From: Candidatus Daviesbacteria bacterium
GTDB lineage: Bacteria; Patescibacteriota; Microgenomatia; Daviesbacterales; UBA10151
Length of the DNA: 64,000 nt
Direction: 5' to 3'
NCBI GenBank assembly: GCA_016184225.1
Contig: JACPDA010000004.1
Location: 343,927 to 407,926, forward strand
Shown: positions 26,586 to 34,976 of the stretch, piece by piece
How the letters are laid out: each line of letters opens with the position of its first letter
Position numbering within the stretch: position 1 is the stretch's first letter
Program-made: the position numbers and the translations under genes
Notes under the pieces: model-generated
The model's input: the letters and a program-made list of their open reading frames with translations, nothing else
Database searches by the model: none
Told to the model about the DNA's origin: nothing

Positions 26586-26921
26586 ATGATTTTGCATATT
26601 GATACTAAAGACCAAAAAGTGGTTAAAGTTTCCCTGAGAAAAGAGGGGAAGATTATTAAGAGTTTAAGTGAAAGTCGGGAATATGGGTCACAGGTGCTTT
26701 TGCCCCTTATTTTCAAATTACTACGAACCTCCACTCCAGGAGTGTCAAGTCAATTCCACTCCAGGAGTGGACAGTGGAAGGATCTGAAGGGGATTGATGT
26801 AGAAACTGGGCCGGGATCTTTTACCGGACTTCGGGTAGGGGTGTCTGTAGCCAATGCTCTGGGATTTGCATTAGGGATTTCGGTTAATGGAAAGAAAATA
26901 GAGACGGATTTAAGCTACTAA
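26586..26921 (+). CDS. tsaB: Short TsaB-like protein (N-terminal domain only)
   Basis: MILHIDT...SQVLLPLI...GIDVETGPGSFTGLRVGVSVANALGFAL. Confidence 0.85.
   Translation: MILHIDTKDQKVVKVSLRKEGKIIKSLSESREYGSQVLLPLIFKLLRTSTPGVSSQFHSRSGQWKDLKGIDVETGPGSFTGLRVGVSVANALGFALGISVNGKKIETDLSY
26730..26771. repeat. REP-like doublet TCCACTCCAGGAGTG(GA) inside tsaB
   Basis: Copies at 26730-26744 and 26755-26771. The second is a perfect TCCACTCC-A-GGAGTGGA inverted repeat. Confidence 0.8.
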
Positions 26922-26936
26922 TGTTATACTTTTTAT

Positions 26937-27824
26937 ATGGCTTGGCAGAATTGGTTTTTACCTCATAAAGACACTCACAAAAAAGCGCATCTAATTTCCT
27001 GGGAAGGGATGATAATCTATATCCTGCTTTTTATTTTACTGCAGGTAAGTTTTTCCATAGTAAATTACACAATGCCCGGGGTTTTAGGGATAAGTGCGAA
27101 TCTCGACCAAAAAAGACTGATTGAGCTGACTAATATTGAAAGACAGAAAAAGGGACTTCCGTCTGTTTCGGAAAACAGTGCATTAGATCAGGCAGCAGTA
27201 CTTAAAGCTCAAAACATGTTCCAGGAAAATTATTGGGCCCATTTTGCCCCTTCCGGGAAGTCCCCTTGGGACTTCATTATTGGTTCAGGTTATAAATTTA
27301 CCTTTGCCGGAGAGAATCTGGCAAAAAATTTCTATAATTCTGATGATGTTGTCGTAGCCTGGATGAACTCACCTACTCACCGGGATAATTTATTAAATTC
27401 TAAATATAAAGATATAGGAATAGCTGTGGTGGAAGGAGTGTTAAACGGCCAGAAAACCACTTTGATTGTACAGATGTTTGGTACAAATGAAATGTTGGCA
27501 GCACAACCTTCAATTGAGGTTCAAGGAAAACAGATTGCCGTACCGGAGCAAGCTTTCTCCAATACTCCTGAACTAGTTGGTGCGCTTGGAGAAACTAAAT
27601 TAAGTGCTAATGTATTGATAGGTCCATATATAGATCCATATTATGTATCTAAAGTAATTGGTTTTTCAGTCATAGTTTTAATTACTGTTTTATTAATTGT
27701 TGATATTTGGGTACTTAAGAGAAGAGGGGTTTTTAGGCTTTCTTCACACAATATTGCTCACATGGCCTTGCTTTCTTTGGCAGCCGGTAGTCTGTTCATG
27801 GCCGGTCCGGGAGCTATCTTATGA
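26937..27824 (+). CDS. CAP/SCP-domain membrane protein
   Basis: LIELTNIER...L..AA..KAQNM...YWAH, AGENLA, WMNSPTHRDNLL, DIGIAV. TM helices at both ends. Confidence 0.92.
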   Translation: MAWQNWFLPHKDTHKKAHLISWEGMIIYILLFILLQVSFSIVNYTMPGVLGISANLDQKRLIELTNIERQKKGLPSVSENSALDQAAVLKAQNMFQENYWAHFAPSGKSPWDFIIGSGYKFTFAGENLAKNFYNSDDVVVAWMNSPTHRDNLLNSKYKDIGIAVVEGVLNGQKTTLIVQMFGTNEMLAAQPSIEVQGKQIAVPEQAFSNTPELVGALGETKLSANVLIGPYIDPYYVSKVIGFSVIVLITVLLIVDIWVLKRRGVFRLSSHNIAHMALLSLAAGSLFMAGPGAIL

Positions 27825-27985
27825 CACAAGTTGTGCTTAATGTTTTAATCTTAGGCATATTAATATATCTTTTGTGGGCAATATTTCACCATAAGAAAAA
27901 TAAGAGTTTGACTTTGCCTGTTTTTTTAGAGTATCTTTTAACTGCTGCCTTAGTTTTGATTTTACTTTCGGGAGTATTTTTTTAA
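27821..27985 (+). CDS. Small 54-aa membrane protein (not in the ORF track)
   Basis: MTQVVLNVLILGILIYLLWAIFHHKKNKSLTLPVFLEYLLTAALVLILLSGVFF*. ATGA overlap with the CAP gene; fills the gap before rmlA. Confidence 0.7.
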   Translation: MTQVVLNVLILGILIYLLWAIFHHKKNKSLTLPVFLEYLLTAALVLILLSGVFF

Positions 27986-27989
27986 AAAT

Positions 27990-28712
27990 ATGAAAGGTGT
28001 CATACTTGCGGGTGGTTTAGGAACCCGTCTTTATCCTTTAACCAAAGTTACAAATAAACATCTTTTGCCGGTCTACAACAAGCCAATGGTTTTTTATCCT
28101 ATCCAGACCTTGGTTCGCGCCGGCATTACAGATATTATGGTAGTGACCGGGGGACCGCACTGTGGGCACTTTTTATCCATTTTGAAAAATGGCCAGGAAT
28201 TGGGGATTAAACACTTGGAGTATGCTTATCAGGAAAATGAGGGTGGGATCGCTGAAGCGCTGTCACTAGCCAGAGATTTTGTTGATAGGGATAGCTGTGC
28301 AGTTATATTGGGAGATAACACTACCGATTATGAATTAAGTTCTGATACAGCTAATTTTACAGAGGGTGCGATGGTTTTCTTGAAGGAGGTGCCTGATCCC
28401 GAACGTTTTGGTGTACCTGTTTTTGATCAGGATAACCCTGAGCTGATAGCCGAGATTATAGAAAAACCTCAAAACCCGCCGAATAATTTTGCAGTGATAG
28501 GTTTGTACATTTATGATAATCAAGTATTTAACTTTATTGATGAAATCAAACCTTCAAACAGAGGAGAATTAGAAATTACTGATGTGAATAATCATTATGC
28601 CAAAGCAAGAAAATTGAGGTTTAAAAAAATGGAAGGTTTTTGGCGGGATGCGGGAACTTTTGACACACTGCTTGAAGCCAATAACTTCTGGGCAAAAAGA
28701 AAAGAAAGATAA
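27990..28712 (+). CDS. rmlA: Glucose-1-phosphate thymidylyltransferase (short SpsI/RmlA type)
   Basis: MKGVILAGGLGTRLYPLT...NKHLLPVYNKPM, LGDN, PSNRGELEITD, WRDAGT. Confidence 0.92.
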   Translation: MKGVILAGGLGTRLYPLTKVTNKHLLPVYNKPMVFYPIQTLVRAGITDIMVVTGGPHCGHFLSILKNGQELGIKHLEYAYQENEGGIAEALSLARDFVDRDSCAVILGDNTTDYELSSDTANFTEGAMVFLKEVPDPERFGVPVFDQDNPELIAEIIEKPQNPPNNFAVIGLYIYDNQVFNFIDEIKPSNRGELEITDVNNHYAKARKLRFKKMEGFWRDAGTFDTLLEANNFWAKRKER

Positions 28713-28721
28713 AGATTTAAA

Positions 28722-29726
28722 ATGAAACTTTTAGTAACGGGCGGAGCAGGATTCATCGGCTCTAATTTCATTCATTATTGGTTAAAAAATCATCCAGAAG
28801 ATTTGGTAGTTAATCTGGATGCATTAACCTATGCCGGACATCCGGAGAGCTTGAAGGATTTAGAAGGTAACTCCAATTATCAATTTATTAAGGGAGACAT
28901 TGCCGATGGGGAAGTAGTAAAGCAAGCCATGGCAGGTATTGATACTGTAGTGCATTTCGCCGCCGAATCGCATGTAGATCGCTCAATTATTGATCCTTTG
29001 GTATTTGTAAGAACTAATACCTTGGGTACTGCAGTATTACTTAATGCTGCCATGGATGCAAAAGTGAAACGGTTTCATCATGTTTCTACAGATGAAGTTT
29101 ATGGAAGCCTAGGCCCTACTGATCCGCCGTTTACCTCAGAAACACCCCTCAAACCCAGAACACCTTATGCTGCCTCTAAGGCAGGAGCAGATCATTTAGT
29201 GAAAGCTTTCTTTGAAACTTACCGATTACCGATTACCGTTACCAATTGTGCGAATAATTATGGACCATATCATGATCCTGAAAAACTAATACCGAGATTT
29301 ATAACGAATCTCTTGGAAGGTAAAAAAGTCCCTTTAATGGGAAAGGGTGAAAATATCCGGGAATGGCTTTTTGTTTTAGATCATGCAAAAGCAATTGATT
29401 TAGTCTTACAGAAAGGGAAGATAGGAGAAACTTACCTGGTCCAAGGCGAAGAGAGAACCAATTTGGAAGTAACACGTAAAATTTTGGAGGTTTTAGGGTT
29501 AGATGAGTCTTATATAGAATATGTAGAGCATAGGTTAGGGCATGATTTCCGGTATGCGAATGACGGAACAGCTCTTCGGGATCTGGGATGGAAACCAGAC
29601 CACACGTTTGATCAGTCACTGGAAGAAACCATTAAATGGTATAAAGAAAATGACTGGTGGTGGAAACCACTAAAGGAAGGAAGGCCTAACATTGACCGTT
29701 CAGCACAAATAAAATATGGAAAATAA
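28722..29726 (+). CDS. rmlB: dTDP-glucose 4,6-dehydratase
   Basis: LVTGGAGFIGSNF, HFAAESHVDRSI, HVSTDEVYG, PYAASKA, GHDFRYA. Confidence 0.97.
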   Translation: MKLLVTGGAGFIGSNFIHYWLKNHPEDLVVNLDALTYAGHPESLKDLEGNSNYQFIKGDIADGEVVKQAMAGIDTVVHFAAESHVDRSIIDPLVFVRTNTLGTAVLLNAAMDAKVKRFHHVSTDEVYGSLGPTDPPFTSETPLKPRTPYAASKAGADHLVKAFFETYRLPITVTNCANNYGPYHDPEKLIPRFITNLLEGKKVPLMGKGENIREWLFVLDHAKAIDLVLQKGKIGETYLVQGEERTNLEVTRKILEVLGLDESYIEYVEHRLGHDFRYANDGTALRDLGWKPDHTFDQSLEETIKWYKENDWWWKPLKEGRPNIDRSAQIKYGK

Positions 29727-30276
29727 TTATATTAAAACTACATCAATCCCGGGACTGCTAATACTGGAACGACCTGTTTTTCCTGACGAACGGGGTTTTT
29801 TTAGGGAATTGTTTCATAGGGATGAACTGGAAAAAATGATTGGTTTTAATTTTAACGGGATCCAGATGAATCATTCGCACTCTCTTCCGGGAGTTTTAAG
29901 AGGAATTCACGCAGAAGAGTGGAATAAGGTTATTTACCCGGTTTGCGGACAGGTTTTCATAGCAGTTGTTGATATAAGGTCGGATTCCCCTACCTTTGCC
30001 AAAGTGGAAACTTTTATTGTAGATGATAATAACCGCATAGGACTTTTTATACCAAATGGACTGGCTAATTCGCTCTGTGTTATAGGAGATCAAGCGGTTG
30101 ATTATATTTACTTGGTAGATGCTTATTATGATGGCAGTGATACTAGGGCAATTGCCTGGGATGATCCTGACTTGAATATCAATTGGCCGATTAAAAACCC
30201 CATCATTTCGGATAGGGATAAGAATAATTTAAGGCTACGGGAGTTATTTCCGGAAAAATTTAAAGGCAAACTTTAA
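29716..30276 (+). CDS. rmlC: dTDP-4-dehydrorhamnose 3,5-epimerase
   Basis: FPDERGFFRE, Q.NHS.S..GVLRGIH, VDIRSDSPTF, WDDPDLNINWP. Confidence 0.93.
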   Translation: MENNYIKTTSIPGLLILERPVFPDERGFFRELFHRDELEKMIGFNFNGIQMNHSHSLPGVLRGIHAEEWNKVIYPVCGQVFIAVVDIRSDSPTFAKVETFIVDDNNRIGLFIPNGLANSLCVIGDQAVDYIYLVDAYYDGSDTRAIAWDDPDLNINWPIKNPIISDRDKNNLRLRELFPEKFKGKL

Positions 30277-30321
30277 ACAAACAGTTGACGCCGGTACTTG
30301 AAATTAGATATATTAACCAAA

Positions 30322-31338
30322 ATGGCAAATAGAAAAAGAGCTTTTATTACAGGTATAAGTGGACAGGATGGATCTTACTTAAGTGAATTGTTGTTAGACA
30401 AAGGATATGAGGTGGCAGGTTTTGTCCGTAGGAATGCAGCACTGGATTTTGGAAATGCAAACGAGATTAAAGATGAAATAAAAATTTATTACGGTGATTT
30501 GCACTCGGCGGAATCCATTGCTTTAGCGCTTTTGGATTTTAAGCCGGATGAGATATACAACCTGGCATCTTTATCTTCGCCTTTTGCTTCATTCCGCGAC
30601 AAGCTTGGAACGATCATGGTTACAGGGATAGGGGCTTTGCATGTTTTTGAACGGGCAAAACTGATTGTCCCTGAGGCGAAGATATATCAAGCTTCTACTT
30701 CGGAAATGTTTGGCGCGCCGAAGCAAATTCCTCAGAATGAAGAAACTCCTTTTAATCCTGCCAATCCTTACGCAGCAGCCAAGGAATTTGCTCATAGGAT
30801 GGCAGTTATGGCCAGGAATGATAAAAAACAGTCGCAATTTATTTCCTGCGGTATTCTTTTTAATCATGAAAGTCCCAGACGGGGATTGAATTTCGTCACC
30901 AGGAAAATTACTGCAGCCGTTGCCTGTATTAAGAATAACAGAAAAGAGGGTGTCCCTTTAAATGAAATAGGCGAACCGATTGTTAAAAACGGGAAGGTAA
31001 AGTTGGGCGACCTTGAGGCTAAAAGGGATTGGGGATATGCGCCCGATTATGTAGAGATCATGTGGAAAATGCTGCAGGCAGATAGTCCGGATGATTTTGT
31101 AGTGGCCACCGGAGAGGTGCACACCGTGAGAGAATTTGCTGAAGAAGCTTTTGCGGTTGCAGGTTTGAATTGGGAAGAATATGTTGAAGTTGATACCCAT
31201 TTCATCCCACCGGTGCAAACAGGTCCTTTGGTGGGTGACTCTTCAAAAGCAAAAAAAATCTTGGGTTGGGAACCAAAGACAAGATTTAAGGATCTAGTCA
31301 AAATTATGATCCATTCAGATCTCGCCAAGTTTTCTTGA
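30322..31338 (+). CDS. gmd: GDP-mannose 4,6-dehydratase
   Basis: AFITGISGQDGSYLSELLL, YQASTSEMFG, GILFNHESPRRG..FVTRKI, KRDWGYAPDYV. Confidence 0.93.
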   Translation: MANRKRAFITGISGQDGSYLSELLLDKGYEVAGFVRRNAALDFGNANEIKDEIKIYYGDLHSAESIALALLDFKPDEIYNLASLSSPFASFRDKLGTIMVTGIGALHVFERAKLIVPEAKIYQASTSEMFGAPKQIPQNEETPFNPANPYAAAKEFAHRMAVMARNDKKQSQFISCGILFNHESPRRGLNFVTRKITAAVACIKNNRKEGVPLNEIGEPIVKNGKVKLGDLEAKRDWGYAPDYVEIMWKMLQADSPDDFVVATGEVHTVREFAEEAFAVAGLNWEEYVEVDTHFIPPVQTGPLVGDSSKAKKILGWEPKTRFKDLVKIMIHSDLAKFS

Positions 31339-32525
31339 TGAAAAAAAGAGTTACAGTTGTTCTCCCCACCTATAACGAAAAAGCAAATATCGAAAGAACA
31401 ATCGAAAAAGTTTTCGAACAAGAAAAAGATATTCCTGGTTTTGAAATAAATATTATTGTTGCAGATGATATACGGTCGTCTGATGGAACAGAACAAATTG
31501 TACGAAGCTTAATTAAGAAGAATAAAAAAATACATTTTATAAAAGTAGAACCGGGTTTAGGTGTAGGTTTAATAGAGGGTCATAAATATGCTTTGGAACA
31601 CCTGTCTCCTGATATCCTAGCGCAACTGGATGCAGATGGTCAGGTGATAGCTGATGTTTTGGTAGGACTCGTTAAAGCTATTGAGGAAGGTTATTCTTTG
31701 GCAATCGGTTCCAGGTTTATTAAGGGAGGCAAAAATCATCTCTCTTTTATCAGAAGGATTTTTACATATGGTGCCTCAATTTTTTGCCGTTTGATGATAG
31801 GCCCCTGGGATATTGGGGAAGTGACGAATTCTGCCAGGGCGTTTACCCCCGAGCTTTTCCGGAAAATTAACTTGAACAGGCTACCCTGGAGAGAGCCGAC
31901 TTTTATTGTCCAGCCGGCATTTCTGCATGAGGCTATATTGGCCGGGGCAGAATATAAAGAGGTGCCTTTGATTTTTAAAAACCGTTTAGAGGGTTATTCC
32001 AAAAATAAGGTTTTTAATTATACGTATGATGTGATTACCTACGGTATAGATACCAGATTAAACAGTTGGGGAGTTCATATTAGGTTTTTTCATATAACCC
32101 GCCGGGCCAAGACTTTAGTGAAATTTGGTTTAGTGGGATTTGTAGGGACTTTAGTAGACTTTGTATTTTACAAAATATTTATTAATAGTTTTGGTATCGC
32201 CCCGGCAACTGCAAAGGGATTTTCTACAGAGATAGCTATTATTAATAATTTTATTTTGAATAACTACTGGACATTTCGCTATCGCAGGACAAAAACAAAT
32301 ATTTGGCAGAAATTGGGAATATTTAATATTGTTTCTCTGGGGGGATTACTTATTGGAGTTTTGATAGTTAAATATTTGCATTTAACTTATGGGGATGGAT
32401 TTGTGAACTTATTCGGTCGGCCGATCGCCTACAATAATTTTTACTTCTTTGTAACTATTCCGCCGGTGATGCTGTGGAATTTTACGATTAACCATCTGGT
32501 GACTTGGCGCCGTGAGGAGAATTAA
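31335..32525 (+). CDS. Polyprenol-phosphate sugar synthase (DPM1-like GT2) fused to a GtrA-family domain
   Basis: VVLPTYNEKANI, QLDADGQ, AIGSRF. C-terminal KFGLVGFVGTLVDF...NNFILNNYWTF is GtrA-like. Confidence 0.9.
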   Translation: MMKKRVTVVLPTYNEKANIERTIEKVFEQEKDIPGFEINIIVADDIRSSDGTEQIVRSLIKKNKKIHFIKVEPGLGVGLIEGHKYALEHLSPDILAQLDADGQVIADVLVGLVKAIEEGYSLAIGSRFIKGGKNHLSFIRRIFTYGASIFCRLMIGPWDIGEVTNSARAFTPELFRKINLNRLPWREPTFIVQPAFLHEAILAGAEYKEVPLIFKNRLEGYSKNKVFNYTYDVITYGIDTRLNSWGVHIRFFHITRRAKTLVKFGLVGFVGTLVDFVFYKIFINSFGIAPATAKGFSTEIAIINNFILNNYWTFRYRRTKTNIWQKLGIFNIVSLGGLLIGVLIVKYLHLTYGDGFVNLFGRPIAYNNFYFFVTIPPVMLWNFTINHLVTWRREEN

Positions 32526-32528
32526 AAT

Positions 32529-32999
32529 ATGATCAAATGCACTTTTGAAAATGAAGTAAATGCTAGTCTTAGGCATGTGGTGGTTCATGCAATAGTTGAA
32601 AAAGATGGAAGATTGCTTTTAGAGAGACGTGCAGATGATTTACTGGAAGGCGGTAAATGGTCATTGCCAAGCGGGTTTCTGGGTAGAGACGAGAATGCGG
32701 AGGAAGGGGTATTAAGAGAACTAGAAGAAGAGACCGGTTGGAAAGGCGAGATAATTTCATTATTTAGAATAAATACCAACCCGAGTCGTCCTCATGAAGA
32801 TAGGCAAAATGTCGCGCTAGAATTTATCGTCAAACCACTTGAGAAAATCAACAAATCAGATAGCGAGTCTTCTGAAGTCGAATGGATTTCAATCGATAAA
32901 TTACCTCAATTTGAAGAATTTGCTTTTGATCACGGTGAAACAATTAGGTTATATCTAAAATACAGAGAGAATCCATTTCCACCCCCATTGATTGTCTAG
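32529..32999 (+). CDS. NUDIX hydrolase
   Basis: WSLPSGFLGRDENAEEGVLRELEEETG Nudix box; AFDH. Confidence 0.92.
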   Translation: MIKCTFENEVNASLRHVVVHAIVEKDGRLLLERRADDLLEGGKWSLPSGFLGRDENAEEGVLRELEEETGWKGEIISLFRINTNPSRPHEDRQNVALEFIVKPLEKINKSDSESSEVEWISIDKLPQFEEFAFDHGETIRLYLKYRENPFPPPLIV

Positions 33000-33001
33000 C
33001 T

Positions 33002-33021
33002 AGACACCTTCCAGGTGCACA
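33002..33021. repeat. REP-like hairpin left of the transposase
   Basis: AGACACCTTCCAGGTGCACA, with core CACCT-TCC-AGGTG. Confidence 0.8.
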
Positions 33022-33031
33022 ACGCAGACAC

Positions 33032-33676
33032 CTAATCTTCCAAGAGTAATCTTTCAATTTTCTTAATTGTTCGACCATATTCTTCTTGATCTAAAACAAA
33101 TTTTTCATAGGCACCCGGTGAAGGAAAACGATCGAGTACGTAATGAATTTTACAAAATCCATCCTCCAGGTCAAGAAATTGTCTATAAGATGAATACTGA
33201 TAAACCCTTAAATTTTTTACCAGATAATCTATTAATGGATTGAGATGAATGTATCTTGAAGTATGTACCAGTTGCTCGTCATCTTCTATTCTGACTGCTT
33301 TGAAACTCCCTTGGAAAAGCGGGCCAACTCTTTTATGCCTGGTATTAAAATATTTTGTATAGCTATTAGTTAATTTACTCAAGAAGACAGAAATGCCGTT
33401 TTCTTTAGCTTGTTTGAGTAATAAATGAAAATGATTAGGCATCAGGCAAAAACAGATTACCTCTATAAGAACTTCATTGCTGCTACCTTTTTTGAGAATA
33501 TTTGGCCGATTCTTAAATGAAAAACGAGTAGGAGGATTTTTAAAACGGTAATACTCTAAAGTTTGCAAGAATCGTTGGTAATCCCTCTTGTCCAAAAAGG
33601 TTAATCTTTTTTCAACCCCGCGGTTTACCACATGATAAAACTCATCATTTCCAAATACTGCTTGTTGGTATGTCAT
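33032..33676 (-). mobile_element. REP-associated tyrosine transposase (RAYT, Y1 HUH, IS200-related)
   Basis: FYHVVNRG, FCLMPNHFHLLL (HUH motif), GPLFQGSFK, RYIHLNP, YSSY. Flanked by palindromes. Confidence 0.92.
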
Positions 33677-33715
33677 TAATTAATTGAACCAAACAAAAAG
33701 GAAGGTGTCAATATC

Positions 33716-33754
33716 TGTGCACCTTCCAGGTGTCTGGGTACAGGTATCTGGGTA
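33716..33754. repeat. REP-like hairpin right of the transposase plus a 14-bp tandem duplication
   Basis: TGTGCACCTTCCAGGTGTCT (33716-33735). CAGGTGTCTGGGTA and CAGGTATCTGGGTA at 33727-33754. Confidence 0.75.
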
Positions 33755-33764
33755 ATCGACAAAA

Positions 33765-34925
33765 TTAGTTAAATATTTCCAGGTTAGGGATTGGAGCCAC
33801 ATTTTGCAGAATGAAGTTTTGAGCATAGAGGTATATTGCAAGTAGTATTATCGGTAAGATGATTTTGAATTCCCGGCTGGTAAGAACTTTTTCAAAAGCA
33901 ATTAAGACAAATGGGCTAATCGGTAAAATATAGCGGCTGATATCACGATGGGCAATCAAGCTGGCAGCTGCCAGATAAGTTAGAACGAAAAAGGCTAATG
34001 GATAGAGTTTTTGTTTGATCAACAAAACTCCTCCTAAAAATCCTAAAATGAAAATATAGATAATGTCTTCCAACCAAATATCTCCGACCCAGAATTGATT
34101 TTTATTAAAGACTTGAAACGGGGGAAGGGTCAGGTGAATATTATCACCACTTTTAAAATAGGCAAAGAAATCCTGGTAAGAGATAGAATACCAGGTAAAT
34201 ATTGACAAAAGCCCAAGTGGGATAAGAAGTAGACTTAAATATGGAGCGACCTTTCGAACAGTTGACATAAAGGATCTTTGTTTAATAATCTTCCAGGCTA
34301 TAAAAAGGGATAATGCTAAAAATAGTAATATACCGGGAGGTCTGGTAATTTGGGCGAATAAACCAAACAGTCCTGCCAAGAAGATATTGATGAATTTTCC
34401 GGACTGTTCGAACTTCATGAAAAAATAAACTGCGCTAATAATAAATAATATAAATGTAGGCTCTGATGAACCGACGCTGTGTACGATTAACCACCTGGCG
34501 GGTAAAATTAAGAATATGAAGCTTAAAAATAGAGGATGGGTGCTTAGCTTAAAGTTCTTTACTAAAAAATAAAAGGCCCAGCAAGCCAGAATTGTAGATA
34601 AGACTGACACAAAAAGCATTGATTTTAAATACCCCAATATTGGGGAGAAAACCGTAATTAGAAAAGCATATCCGGGAAAATGCGAAGCAAAATAATTAGC
34701 TGGAAGGGATTGATGTAAAGAGGCAATTAAATCCGGATTGTAAAAGGTTTTGGCAATAATTATATACTCCAAACCATCAAAATTTCTATAGATAGTCGAG
34801 AATCCCTCAGAAAAGGATAACCCCCAAAAGTTCGGAAGGGCTAGTATATGAGGGAGCCAGACTAGGAGAGTAGTAAGGAGGGTTAGAAATGCCAGGAAAA
34901 TACAATCTTTGACTGATTTGCTCAT
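33765..34925 (-). CDS. GT-C-fold membrane glycosyltransferase (PigV/mannosyltransferase-like)
   Basis: NFDGLEY, HFPGY, SSEP.F, TRPPG, SRY. Start taken at ATG 34925 after TGcTATGAT. Confidence 0.75.
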   Translation of the reverse strand: MSKSVKDCIFLAFLTLLTTLLVWLPHILALPNFWGLSFSEGFSTIYRNFDGLEYIIIAKTFYNPDLIASLHQSLPANYFASHFPGYAFLITVFSPILGYLKSMLFVSVLSTILACWAFYFLVKNFKLSTHPLFLSFIFLILPARWLIVHSVGSSEPTFILFIISAVYFFMKFEQSGKFINIFLAGLFGLFAQITRPPGILLFLALSLFIAWKIIKQRSFMSTVRKVAPYLSLLLIPLGLLSIFTWYSISYQDFFAYFKSGDNIHLTLPPFQVFNKNQFWVGDIWLEDIIYIFILGFLGGVLLIKQKLYPLAFFVLTYLAAASLIAHRDISRYILPISPFVLIAFEKVLTSREFKIILPIILLAIYLYAQNFILQNVAPIPNLEIFN

Positions 34926-34976
34926 TGAGGAAATCATAGCAGAAAAATGCCATATTATGCTACACTCTAACTTGTT

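Noticed and set aside
27618-27641. 12-bp tandem duplication in the CAP gene (IGPY/IDPY)
   Set aside because: It looks like an ordinary slippage duplication in a linker, with no palindrome and no other copies.
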